Shown here piece after piece: positions 19,534 through 28,167 of a stretch of DNA of 64,000 bases (positions are counted from its first letter, which is position 1; every line of letters starts with the position of its first letter). The notes under the pieces are model-generated. The model made no database searches. It saw nothing but the letters and a program-made list of their open reading frames with translations, and was not told where the DNA came from. Origin of the DNA: Minisyncoccota bacterium (lineage in GTDB: Bacteria; Patescibacteriota; Microgenomatia; UBA1400; PJMF01); the NCBI GenBank assembly GCA_009991965.1, contig JAACWQ010000002.1, positions 17,617 to 81,616 of the forward strand, written 5' to 3'. The position numbers and the translations under genes are program-made.

Positions 19534-20430
19534 ATGCACACTCCCGACCTCCAATATCGCGATCGTCTCAAGCTCATCCTCAATGAGGGCACTCGGGTAA
19601 AATCCCAGACAGGCACTGATACCATTAGCTACGTTGGTTTGCCGCCGATGCACTTCAAACTGGCCAACGGTTTTCCGATTATTACCGAGCGTAATATGGC
19701 GCCCAAGGTAAGTGATCGACTCCCCGTGACGATTTGGCGCCAGGCGATTGGTGAGATTCTTGCCTTTATCAACGGTGCCCGTACACAAGCGGAGCTCGAA
19801 TCTTTTGGTGTTACTTGGTGGTCATCTTGGGTGACAGAAGCCAAGTGCCACAAACGTGGACTCGAAACTGGCGACTTAGGTCCTGGCTCATATGGGGCTG
19901 CTTTCCATGATTTTCCAACCAGTGAAGGTGAGACGTACAACCAGTTCAAAAATATCGTTGAACAGATCCGCGAATTACCGCATTTAAAAACGCATTTTAT
20001 CTCTCCTTGGATCCCGCAATACACCATTCGGGGCAAAGGTAAGCAGCAAAAGGTAGTAGTTTGTCCTTGTCATGGCTGGGTGCATTTCTTGGTGCACGGC
20101 AATAAGCTGATTTTGCATATGTTCCAGCGTTCTGGGGACTTACCAATAGGTGTGCCGAGCAACATGGTACAGTATGCGGCGCTCCTCATGATGGTAGCGC
20201 AGGTTACTGGGCTCGAACCCTATGAGTATGTCCACACTATTTCTGACGCGCACATTTATGTCGATCAAGTGCTAGCGGTCAAAACCATGCTGGAGCGCGA
20301 GCCAATTGCCTATCCGACCATGAAATTAACGCGAAAAACAGATGATTTGTTTGCTTTTCGTGCTACGGACTTTGAACTAGTAGATTACAATCCACATCCT
20401 GGTATTAAGGGTATTCCAGTAGCGATTTAA
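19534..20430 (+). CDS. thyA: thymidylate synthase (ThyA type, with a small-domain insertion)
   Basis: LANGFPIITER, VVCPCHGW (catalytic Cys in the PCH motif), FQRSGDLPIGVPSNMVQYAALLMMVAQVTGLEP. About 298 aa from MHTPDLQY. Confidence 0.8.
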   Translation: MHTPDLQYRDRLKLILNEGTRVKSQTGTDTISYVGLPPMHFKLANGFPIITERNMAPKVSDRLPVTIWRQAIGEILAFINGARTQAELESFGVTWWSSWVTEAKCHKRGLETGDLGPGSYGAAFHDFPTSEGETYNQFKNIVEQIRELPHLKTHFISPWIPQYTIRGKGKQQKVVVCPCHGWVHFLVHGNKLILHMFQRSGDLPIGVPSNMVQYAALLMMVAQVTGLEPYEYVHTISDAHIYVDQVLAVKTMLEREPIAYPTMKLTRKTDDLFAFRATDFELVDYNPHPGIKGIPVAI

Positions 20431-20434
20431 CCAT

Positions 20435-20899
20435 ATGTCAAAAGCAAACGACACTACTTTAATTGATATTTCCAACGCGCGCTACGACGATCAACGCGAA
20501 CATATGGAGCGCATTTTGGCAGCGGGGCATTGTCCGTTTTGTCTAGAAAACTTGCAGCTATATCACAAATCCCCGATAGAACAAAGCTCGAAGTACTGGG
20601 TGCTGACGCCAAACGCTTGGCCGTATAAACACACTAAGGTGCATTATTTGGCGATTCTCAAGCGCCATGCCGAAAATTTATACGACCTAACGCCCGAGGA
20701 AGGGGCAGACCTGTTTGCGTTATTTGCCAAGGTGCAAAAGGAGCAGAATATTCCTGGTGGGGCCGTGACTATGCGATTTGGTGATACTCGTTACTCGGCG
20801 GGCACGGTCAAGCATGTGCACGCACACTTTTTGGTGCCAGATTTGGATGATCTGGAATATGAGCCAGTGCGGTTTAAGATTGGGGCGGATAAAGGTTAA
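20435..20899 (+). CDS. HIT-family protein
   Basis: C-terminal HVHAHFLV histidine triad; CPFC near the N-terminus. Confidence 0.65.
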   Translation: MSKANDTTLIDISNARYDDQREHMERILAAGHCPFCLENLQLYHKSPIEQSSKYWVLTPNAWPYKHTKVHYLAILKRHAENLYDLTPEEGADLFALFAKVQKEQNIPGGAVTMRFGDTRYSAGTVKHVHAHFLVPDLDDLEYEPVRFKIGADKG

Positions 20900-21150
20900 G
20901 TGTAGACGTTTTTGCGGTGGCGGACACGAAGAACAATAGCTATATTTTCAACGTCATCCAAATCAAAAATTACTCGGTAATTACCAACTCGCCAACGATA
21001 TGTTCCAATCCGGTGATTGACCAATTTTTTTGCGTACTCAAGGGGGTTTTGTGCAAACGTTTTAAATTTATTCAAGAGTCTTTTTTTGGTTACGCTATCG
21101 AGTTTTTCTATATCTTTTCGTGCAGATTTTGTGAAGATTAGCTTGTACAC
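20896..21150 (-). CDS. type II toxin, RelE/ParE family
   Basis: 84 aa; ...YRVIFDLDD...RVRHRKNVY is the RelE/ParE fold signature. Lies downstream of the Phd-like gene. Confidence 0.8.
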   Translation of the reverse strand: MYKLIFTKSARKDIEKLDSVTKKRLLNKFKTFAQNPLEYAKKLVNHRIGTYRWRVGNYRVIFDLDDVENIAIVLRVRHRKNVYT

Positions 21151-21152
21151 CT

Positions 21153-21401
21153 TTATAGCTCTGAGAAAACCTCATCCATACTGAAAATTTCACCATTCTC
21201 GTATTCCTGACGAGCCGTTTTGATGCTGTCAACGTAAGACTTATCTGCAAGCTCAAGCAACTCTTCAAACAGATCAATGTTAACGAGAGCAGACGTAAGT
21301 TTGCCACGCTTGCTCACGAGTAAAAAGTCTCGGATATTTTCAACCAGATCTAAATTGGATGAAAGATTGTTTCGTAGTGTTGTAGCGGTAGCGTATTTCA
21401 T
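21153..21401 (-). CDS. type II antitoxin, Phd/YefM family
   Basis: 82 aa; MKYATATTLRNNLSSNLDLV... (Phd N-terminal fold). Sits 2 nt upstream of the RelE-like toxin. Confidence 0.75.
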   Translation of the reverse strand: MKYATATTLRNNLSSNLDLVENIRDFLLVSKRGKLTSALVNIDLFEELLELADKSYVDSIKTARQEYENGEIFSMDEVFSEL

Positions 21402-21428
21402 ACATTTGAATTGTACATTTCAAATGTA
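21401..21428. promoter_or_regulatory. perfect 10-bp inverted repeat TACATTTGAA / TTCAAATGTA flanking TTGTACAT, abutting the Phd antitoxin start codon; candidate TA operator
   Basis: Read directly from the sequence. TGTACA is also repeated upstream of the second YefM gene at 44247-44275. Confidence 0.55.
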
Positions 21429-21796
21429 TAAAGAACAAGGCTAAATTCAAGATTTGGCCGGATAAAAAGTAATAGCTCCGAGTTTTTCGAGTGCCTCAGG
21501 AAATAATTGTATTTCAGTCGCATGTCTTGCAAACTTAATCGATGTGGAATTGCTATGGATGCCATCGAGTCTAAGTGCTTTTGCATAAGTTACAGGATCA
21601 GAACCAATTTGTTGAGCAGCCCGAGTTATTGCTTTGAGATGAATCAAGTTTCCCAGAATCAAGAAGTTGCTGCGGTGCCATAGAGTGATGATACAGAAAA
21701 CTACCAGGTACCAATGTGTGCTCAGGAATATTCAAACCAGTTTCAGATTCTGCAGGTTGTGGATATTCATTGTTTGGAGAAAGAGACAATGGGTTA

Positions 21797-22594
21797 TTAG
21801 GTTAGATTAATAATTTCCACCCCCGCACTTTTGAGCACCCGCTCGCCATCGAGCACGGTGTAGCCATGTTGGAAGTACACTTTTGAAAAACCGGCCGCAG
21901 CAATCAATTTTGCACAAGTTGGACAAGGAAAGTCGGTCACATACAGCTCACAACCAGCCAATGAAGTTCCGGTATTTGCAGCTTCTCCAATTACCTTTGC
22001 TTCGGCGTGAATTGCGGTAGTCAATTCAATTTCTTCGCCCTTATGAAAGTGTGCTCGCGGATCTCCCTCTGCATACGATTGCTGTTCATCGGGCAAGTGC
22101 GTGTTATGCGCTTTTGCCAAAATTTTGCCTGCTCGAACAGCAACTGCGCCAACTTGTCGCCACCAGTCGCTGCTTTTCAAGCCTTCAAGCCGCGCGACGT
22201 CCATCAGCTTGTCAGGGTGTGGTTTGTTGCGTTCTAAGATTTTCTCCTTGTCCCAGCGCAGAAAAATATTCGAAGTTTTGACTTGATTTTTTGGCAAGTA
22301 TTTTGCTACAAACTGAGTAGTGACGAGCTCATCGGGAATGGCGAGGGGAGTCAGTTCGGCCGCAAGTTCAGCAACAACTTTTTCATCAAGAATTTTAACC
22401 GTTTTGAAAATATTCCAACTGGTGATGGCCGCAACTATTTTTTCTTCTGGTAATGCGCGAATTTCTTTGTGTGAAGGGGTGAATTCTTTTGCACTATCAC
22501 CAGGCAAAAGAACGAGCGTATCAGCGTTTGGAAATGAATTGAAAAACTCTAGATAGCCGCGGTGCAAAACGGGAATGTAGGCGAGTAGTGTCAT
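21797..22594 (-). CDS. dCMP/cytidine deaminase-fold protein with an N-terminal ~130-aa extension
   Basis: C-terminal HAEAKVI ... PCPTCAKLI (the CDA zinc motifs HAE and PCxxC). The N-terminal 130 aa have no recognised family. Confidence 0.7.
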   Translation of the reverse strand: MTLLAYIPVLHRGYLEFFNSFPNADTLVLLPGDSAKEFTPSHKEIRALPEEKIVAAITSWNIFKTVKILDEKVVAELAAELTPLAIPDELVTTQFVAKYLPKNQVKTSNIFLRWDKEKILERNKPHPDKLMDVARLEGLKSSDWWRQVGAVAVRAGKILAKAHNTHLPDEQQSYAEGDPRAHFHKGEEIELTTAIHAEAKVIGEAANTGTSLAGCELYVTDFPCPTCAKLIAAAGFSKVYFQHGYTVLDGERVLKSAGVEIINLT

Positions 22595-22599
22595 AGGAG

Positions 22600-23154
22600 T
22601 TACTCCGTTTTGAGTTCGCTGAGCACTTCTTCGATTGCTTTGATCAGTTTGGTCGAAAGCGTTTTTTCAATTTTTTTGGCGGCGCCGACTTGGACGAGAC
22701 GCAACTTTGCACTAGTGGAAGTAGTGGCCATTGGTTCGAGCACAACTACTTTTTTGCAGTACTGCTTGAGTTCGGCTAACTCTGCATCGTTGTATGTTTT
22801 GGTAGTTGCGATTAAGACGTCGGGACAGACAAGCTTGATGAGTTCCCAGCGCCCTGCGCATTCTGGTTTAAGTACGACATGATCGACTGACCGCAGGTGA
22901 CTGAGCATTTCTTGCCGTTCATCCTCGGGAACAATTGGCCGATCTGGGCCTTTGCGGGCGCGAACCTTGGCATCGCTATCAACGCCGACGATCAAGACAT
23001 CACCTTGCGATTTAGCTTCTTCGAGATAGCGTGCATGGCCGATGTGGAGCATGTCAAACGTGCCTTGCGTCAAAACAATTCTTTTATTTTGCTTGCGGTA
23101 TTGTGCAGTGAGTTCAGGCAAATTTTCGTAGGTGAGTGTGGAAGCGACTGTCAT
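22600..23154 (-). CDS. cytidylyl/adenylyltransferase of the RfaE-domain-II/TagD family
   Basis: GTFDMLHIGHARYLEEAKSQGDVLIVGVDSDAKVRARKGPDRPI closely follows the HldE domain II / TagD pattern (GxFDxxHxGH ... RP). Start at MTVAST assumed. Confidence 0.7.
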   Translation of the reverse strand: MTVASTLTYENLPELTAQYRKQNKRIVLTQGTFDMLHIGHARYLEEAKSQGDVLIVGVDSDAKVRARKGPDRPIVPEDERQEMLSHLRSVDHVVLKPECAGRWELIKLVCPDVLIATTKTYNDAELAELKQYCKKVVVLEPMATTSTSAKLRLVQVGAAKKIEKTLSTKLIKAIEEVLSELKTE

Positions 23155-23936
23155 ATATTGGAGAATAGCTGCTCGAGGGGTTCTAGCTCCGACTCTATAG
23201 TAAAAGTAAGGCGGCACGGTGTAATCGTGGCCTTGCTTTTGTTATTAAATTTAGTATCGCAATCTGGCAAAGATTCTGTCGCTTTGTGACTGAGTACATA
23301 TTCGAACGAACCATCTGTAATGATTTGATGATTTTTCCAGTAGTCACCAGGACCAGTTGGAACAACGTAGAGTTGATTGACTGGCTCTGTTGGAAAGTTG
23401 ACGTTCCAGAAACTGCCGGGCTGAAAGGTATAGGCGAGTGCTTTTTCGATGATATTTCGGATCAACACACCGGGATATTCGAGTAACTGCAAGTTGAATG
23501 CAGCATTCTGTTCGTGGTTTTTGAACAGTACAGAATCTGGACTATTCAGCGAAAATGCGATGCCGGGAGTTGCGCGAGACTGAGCGGCGGTGACGACGGC
23601 AGCAATAGTTCCAGAACGATGTATTGCGTTGCTATTGTTGAATCCGAGGTTAACACCAGAAAGAATGAGGTCTGGCTTACGCTCGAGGCGCTCAAAAGCA
23701 AGATAGATGGCATCGGACGGTGTGCCGTCAACCCAGATTGCTTCACAGCCATCGACAATTTCCGTTCCCCAGGTACTTCCTGCAACGCTGAGGCCAGAAC
23801 CTTGAGCCGATTTCTGATCTTTGGTAGCGATTATGGCAAAGTCTGCGAAGGACTCGACAATGCGTTTTAGCAGAATGATGCCAGGTGCACGAATGGAGTC
23901 GTCGCCAGTAATGAGAAAAAACGGACGTTTTGTCAT
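23151..23936 (-). CDS. surE: 5'/3'-nucleotidase SurE
   Basis: ITGDDSIRAPGI (the N-DDG-APG motif) and SGVNLGFN. Confidence 0.85.
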   Translation of the reverse strand: MTKRPFFLITGDDSIRAPGIILLKRIVESFADFAIIATKDQKSAQGSGLSVAGSTWGTEIVDGCEAIWVDGTPSDAIYLAFERLERKPDLILSGVNLGFNNSNAIHRSGTIAAVVTAAQSRATPGIAFSLNSPDSVLFKNHEQNAAFNLQLLEYPGVLIRNIIEKALAYTFQPGSFWNVNFPTEPVNQLYVVPTGPGDYWKNHQIITDGSFEYVLSHKATESLPDCDTKFNNKSKATITPCRLTFTIESELEPLEQLFSNI

Positions 23937-23984
23937 ACGGGCTATCTTGCCACACTCTACATAAAAAACAAAGAGGAGCGAATT

Positions 23985-24449
23985 TTATAAACCAGCTGCA
24001 GCTTTGGCGGCGTCAAACTCTGCCTGTGATTTGGCTGAGTTTTCTACAAACCAAGCGGGCGGTGAGTAGCTTGGTTCACTCAGCTGATAGTTGTACTCAA
24101 CTTTAGCAGCTGGCGCGCTAGTTTTGGCATAGGTTTTGGTTGTAGTGGTTGTTTTTGTTTCACCGTTGACCGTAGTTGTCACCGAAGTAGCACTGCCACC
24201 AGTGACGGTGACATTAACATTTTTCTCTCTGCCTTGTGGTTCATCTGCTTCTGCCCAGCGCTCGAGTTTGGAAACGCCGTACTCTGCCAACACCTGGCTG
24301 GGGATAAGCACGCGCTCCTTGAGTTCGCCCGTTTGCCAACCGACCGCGAGTGCGCCATCAACCGACAGAAACAAGGCTACTAATAAACCAGTAATGATGC
24401 GACTGGCTCGTTCAACGCTCAAGTCAGCATTATGGAAAGGTGACTGCAT
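23985..24449 (-). CDS. membrane-anchored hypothetical protein with a Thr-rich region
   Basis: N-terminal TM helix; TVTGGSATSVTTTVNGETKTTTTTK low-complexity stretch; 154 aa. Confidence 0.45.
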   Translation of the reverse strand: MQSPFHNADLSVERASRIITGLLVALFLSVDGALAVGWQTGELKERVLIPSQVLAEYGVSKLERWAEADEPQGREKNVNVTVTGGSATSVTTTVNGETKTTTTTKTYAKTSAPAAKVEYNYQLSEPSYSPPAWFVENSAKSQAEFDAAKAAAGL

Positions 24450-24453
24450 AGGA

Positions 24454-24996
24454 TTATTTCTTTTCTACTGGATCTGCTTGGAATAGTTGCTGTGTTTCAA
24501 AAGCAAATAGACTGGCAACTAAGAGGTTGGGGAAGGTTTGAATTGTGTTGTTGAATCGCTCGACAGTTTTGTTGTATTCCTCGCGATATCGCGCAACCAT
24601 ATTTTCTGTAGACAGTAGGTCGCGATGCAATTCCTGGAAATTTTTGTCTGCTTTTAATTCTGGATAGCTTTCGGTCACAACCATAAGCGAGCGCAAAGTT
24701 TGAGTCAACATATTGTCTGCCTGGGCTTTTTCTCCTGCAGTGGCAGATGTATCAAGCGCCGCGCGGGCTTTGGCGACATCGGTAAAGGTATCTTTTTCGT
24801 GTTTGGCATAATTTTTGACGAGTTCAACTAGGCTCTGGATGATGGCTGAGCGGCGGTGCAGTTGAATATCAACATCCGAAAAATCAGTTTTGACGCGATT
24901 GCGCAGGCGAATAAGTGCGTTAAAAGTGGTCAAAAGATATAAAAGAATTACACCTACAGTGGCAGCAGCGATACTGAGGATTTGAAAGATTGTCAT
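24454..24996 (-). CDS. LemA family protein
   Basis: N-terminal TM helix, then FNALIRLRNRVKTDFSDVDIQLHRRSAII, the LemA signature. Confidence 0.8.
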   Translation of the reverse strand: MTIFQILSIAAATVGVILLYLLTTFNALIRLRNRVKTDFSDVDIQLHRRSAIIQSLVELVKNYAKHEKDTFTDVAKARAALDTSATAGEKAQADNMLTQTLRSLMVVTESYPELKADKNFQELHRDLLSTENMVARYREEYNKTVERFNNTIQTFPNLLVASLFAFETQQLFQADPVEKK

Positions 24997-25031
24997 AGGT
25001 GTAAATTATAGCACGCCTGCAGGAGGTAGAT

Positions 25032-25820
25032 TTATCTTCTTTGTATGAGTCCAGATAAAATCAGATTTGTTTCCGTAATAAAAAACTTTTTGACATCTTC
25101 CCAAACACTATCCACTATTTTGGCTCGCTCTGGTCTAGTTTCGGCGTCATCAAAGTAGACAAGTGATTTGAGTAAGTGTGGCACATCTGTCGTTTGTCGC
25201 TGATATTTTTGAATAGTGAAATCTAATACTTTTCGTAACGACCAGTTTTCTAGTTGGCAGATGGTATATAGATCAAAGAAATCGCGTTTCAAGCCTCTGC
25301 TGCCAATAGCTTCGAGTTTCATACAGGCAAGGTCACTAATTGATGCAATCTGAAGTGAATTAAATACACTTGTAGGTTCAAGCAAAGTGTAGCCATAGTG
25401 AAAGAGGCTAATTTCTGTATCCAGACTACCTCCTTCGGTGATCCAGATGGAGCGCCAAAGCAGTGCCACCAGCTAAGTATGAGTTTGGAGGCAAGAGCGG
25501 GCTTAGTATGCCCATGAGCTCTTGAGTCCAGAGCGGAATGTGGGTTGTAAACATGCTAGTTCACTTTTTGGTACTTTATAAAATATTGACCAGATTTCAG
25601 TATCCTTTTTTTTCAGGTTGGTTGCAGACTTCAGTACTGAAGTGATATCGTTTTTCGAATAGGTTTTGGTCATCCATTGCCATGCTTCGAGTGAAGCATT
25701 TTTTAGTAATGTCTCAATAATGTAGGTTTTGTCTCGCTGTACATCTAACTCAGTTGTCGAGGAGGAGGGAAACAGGTATTGATAGGATTTTGGCAACTGC
25801 ATACAGATGTATGATAGCAA
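25032..25820 (-). pseudogene. AbiEii/AbiGii-family nucleotidyltransferase toxin (DUF1814) disrupted by two frameshifts
   Basis: Three ORF pieces in three frames on the minus strand. Piece 1 (25820-25503) ends ...KKDTEIWSIFYK (like the EKDYxxxWxL start of DUF1814). Piece 2 (25560-25426, manual) reads MFTTHIPLWTQELMGILSPLLPPNSYLAGGTALALHLDHRRR* with the hallmark GGTAL. Piece 3 (25469-25032) continues ...SLDTEISLFHYGYT...DLACMKLEAIGSRGLKRDFFDLY (the R-S-x-D-x-D and KDxxDLY motifs). Removing one T at about 25430 restores GGTALALHLDHRRRSLDTEISLF. Confidence 0.5.
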
Positions 25821-25839
25821 ATTGTGCTAGTATTTACCT

Positions 25840-26094
25840 ATGGCAAACCCCGACCAACTTCCTGGTACGCACAAAACTATCTACGAAGCTAGCTTTGGCG
25901 AAATCTTTGTTCGCAATTTTGTGGCAGGCATGGCGCGTACCCTAGGAGGACTATTTTTGTACATCGTGGTTTTATTTTTCCTAGGCAATTTATTTTTGCA
26001 GCAGGTCTGGCCGGTACTGCAGCCACAGCTTGAAAGTTTGCGAGCATCAACACAGATGTTGCAAGAGTTGGGCGAACTTACCCAGCCTAGGTAG
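25840..26094 (+). CDS. small hypothetical membrane protein
   Basis: 84 aa with one strong TM helix (LGGLFLYIVVLFFLGNLFL). No family recognised. Confidence 0.3.
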   Translation: MANPDQLPGTHKTIYEASFGEIFVRNFVAGMARTLGGLFLYIVVLFFLGNLFLQQVWPVLQPQLESLRASTQMLQELGELTQPR

Positions 26095-26109
26095 GGGGAG
26101 GAAGTAGGG

Positions 26110-27102
26110 TTAAGTATTTTGTGCTGCTACTTCTTGGTCAAAAGTACGCAATTGTTGGTCTATAAATGAAGCATCCTCAGGTTTTAACTCTTTGATTATC
26201 CCTTGAAGTTTTCTGAGTAAATACTTCCACTCGATAAATCCAATTTTGTCTGTTTGAAGTTTTTTCATTGCCTCTTCACAATAATGAGAAATTTCATCAG
26301 ACGAAAGTGTTCCTTGTTCTGCTTTTAGCAGTTGAGCTTCGTGCCAATTGTTGAAATTATTGACTTCATCATTTATGACCAGTACGCTGTCCTGAGCGAG
26401 ATCTACTAGCGGTGCAAGCACGGGGTCAACCTGTGTAACCGGTGTAGTATCGAATCCTTGATGAACGCCATTTACTTGTAGGAATTTCTGCATAATTGGA
26501 GTAATTCTTTCAGCAAATGCAATTGCGTCTTGTTCGGTTGCGAGACTATCGTGCTCTGATGCAGCCATAGAACCTGATAAATTTTGTTTATCAACTCTTG
26601 TTTGCCATGTATGACGTAGTTCATGAAGAATAGTATTCAGAAGTACATCGTTTCGAAAAGCCATGTTGCTCCAGTTATTTTTTTGCAATGTTTCACCCGG
26701 AGTTGCAATCGCGTGATGTGGAATGCTTGAATATACAACTATGTCACCGTTTGAATTGGTAATTCCTCCCACAACATTTCCATAGAAATCCAGATCAGAA
26801 ATTTGTCCAGATGTTACTAAAATAGAAAATTGAGCTGCTTTGTCTTGCAATCCCAATTCCTCAAATAGCATCGCAAATGCATCTATATCAAGTTGAATGT
26901 CAAAGAATCCCATGTCACGAAAAGCTGGAAGCGTAGGGAATCGACCCATTATTTCTCTAACAGAATGATTCTGTGAAGGTTGTGCGGCATTTTCTGCTCT
27001 GGCTTGAAGTCGAGTAGCTAGATTATTTGCCACAATGTCAATGTTGTTTCCTATCGCTTCTTGATCGACAATTGGTTCATTTTGAATTGCTGGTTCTTGC
27101 AT
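26110..27102 (-). CDS. hypothetical protein with a HExxH zinc-metallopeptidase-like motif
   Basis: 330 aa; ILHELRHTWQ (HExxH) with downstream acidic residues; no signal peptide or TM helix. Loosely DUF4157-like (the HEL-x-H-x-x-Q pattern of polymorphic-toxin-associated metallopeptidase domains); this is unverified. Confidence 0.5.
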   Translation of the reverse strand: MQEPAIQNEPIVDQEAIGNNIDIVANNLATRLQARAENAAQPSQNHSVREIMGRFPTLPAFRDMGFFDIQLDIDAFAMLFEELGLQDKAAQFSILVTSGQISDLDFYGNVVGGITNSNGDIVVYSSIPHHAIATPGETLQKNNWSNMAFRNDVLLNTILHELRHTWQTRVDKQNLSGSMAASEHDSLATEQDAIAFAERITPIMQKFLQVNGVHQGFDTTPVTQVDPVLAPLVDLAQDSVLVINDEVNNFNNWHEAQLLKAEQGTLSSDEISHYCEEAMKKLQTDKIGFIEWKYLLRKLQGIIKELKPEDASFIDQQLRTFDQEVAAQNT

Positions 27103-27151
27103 ATACTAACTCTATCATAGTATGTAGGGTCTCTCATGTTACACTTACCCC

Positions 27152-27658
27152 ATGCACGTTTTTCTCATTGCCGCCTTGACTGCTGACGGTTTCATTGCCA
27201 AAAGCATTGATCAGATCTCAACTCGTTGGACGAGTAGAGAAGATGCTGATTTTTTTGCGGCAAAAACTAAAGAGGCGAGAGTTGTAGTGATGGGTCGCAC
27301 TACTTTTGAGACAATTGGTAGGCCACTACCAGATAGAAAAACAATAGTCTACACCTCCCATGAACTGACTGGATTTCCCCCAGAGCAAGTAGAAGCAACC
27401 CAATTGCCACCAGCCGAATTATTAGCGAAGATAGAAGCCGAAGGATACACGAATGTTGCTATCTGTGGCGGGTCCAAAGTGTATACGAAATGGATGCAAT
27501 CAGGCCTAATTAACACGCTGTACCTTACTATAGAACCAGTACTTTTTGGCACCGGAATTAGGCTTTTTTCCGAAGAAATCACGACACAGATTCGTCTTAC
27601 AGAGCGTCATTTGTTATCTGATCAAACCACTGTTTTCGAATACGAGGTTGTCAAATGA
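27152..27658 (+). CDS. folA: dihydrofolate reductase
   Basis: MHVFLIAALTADGFI...VVMGRTTFETIGRPLPDRKTIVYTS matches the DHFR N-terminal consensus. Confidence 0.8.
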   Translation: MHVFLIAALTADGFIAKSIDQISTRWTSREDADFFAAKTKEARVVVMGRTTFETIGRPLPDRKTIVYTSHELTGFPPEQVEATQLPPAELLAKIEAEGYTNVAICGGSKVYTKWMQSGLINTLYLTIEPVLFGTGIRLFSEEITTQIRLTERHLLSDQTTVFEYEVVK

Positions 27659-28092
27659 AACCAGTGACTGTCGGAATCAAGCGTTTTGATACCAGTTTGC
27701 CACTGCCAGAATACAAAACATCGGGTGCGGCGGCTATGGATTTGGTTTCTCGCCTCGAAGTAAAAATTGCTCCACACTCGGTCGGGTACGCACCGCTCAA
27801 CATTGCACTTGAGCTGCCCGAAGGCTACTGGGCACTGATCGCTGCTCGAAGCAGTTTGCACAAACGGGGATTGCTCTTGGCCAATGGCATTGGCGTGGGA
27901 GACCACGATTATCGAGGTGATAACGATGAATACTTGGCTGCTTTGCTCAACTTTACTGACACGCTGGTAGTTGTCGAGCGTGGGGAACGTATCGCACAGT
28001 TGATGATCCAACCAGCAATCCGGATTGATTTAGCCGAAAAAGTTTCGTTCAAAAGCGCAGATCGTGGTGGACTCGGGAGTACTGAGCGCTAA
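27655..28092 (+). CDS. dut: dUTP diphosphatase
   Basis: SGAAAMDL, GVGDHDYRGD and RGGLGSTER, the dUTPase motifs. ATGA overlap with folA. Confidence 0.9.
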   Translation: MKPVTVGIKRFDTSLPLPEYKTSGAAAMDLVSRLEVKIAPHSVGYAPLNIALELPEGYWALIAARSSLHKRGLLLANGIGVGDHDYRGDNDEYLAALLNFTDTLVVVERGERIAQLMIQPAIRIDLAEKVSFKSADRGGLGSTER

Positions 28093-28167
28093 CTTTATCC
28101 ATACCTTATCTAGCTTTTCAAGTATTGCTTTGGCACAAGATGTTGTGGTTTAGTTGTTTTTTGGCAT

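Noticed and set aside
19534-20430. ThyA insertion (~35-45 aa, TEAKCHKRGLETGDLGPGSYGAAFHDFPTSEGETYNQFKN) as a novelty
   Set aside because: Small-domain insertions of this size at this position are known in ThyA from several bacteria (e.g. the Lactobacillus casei enzyme is ~316 aa). Not unusual.
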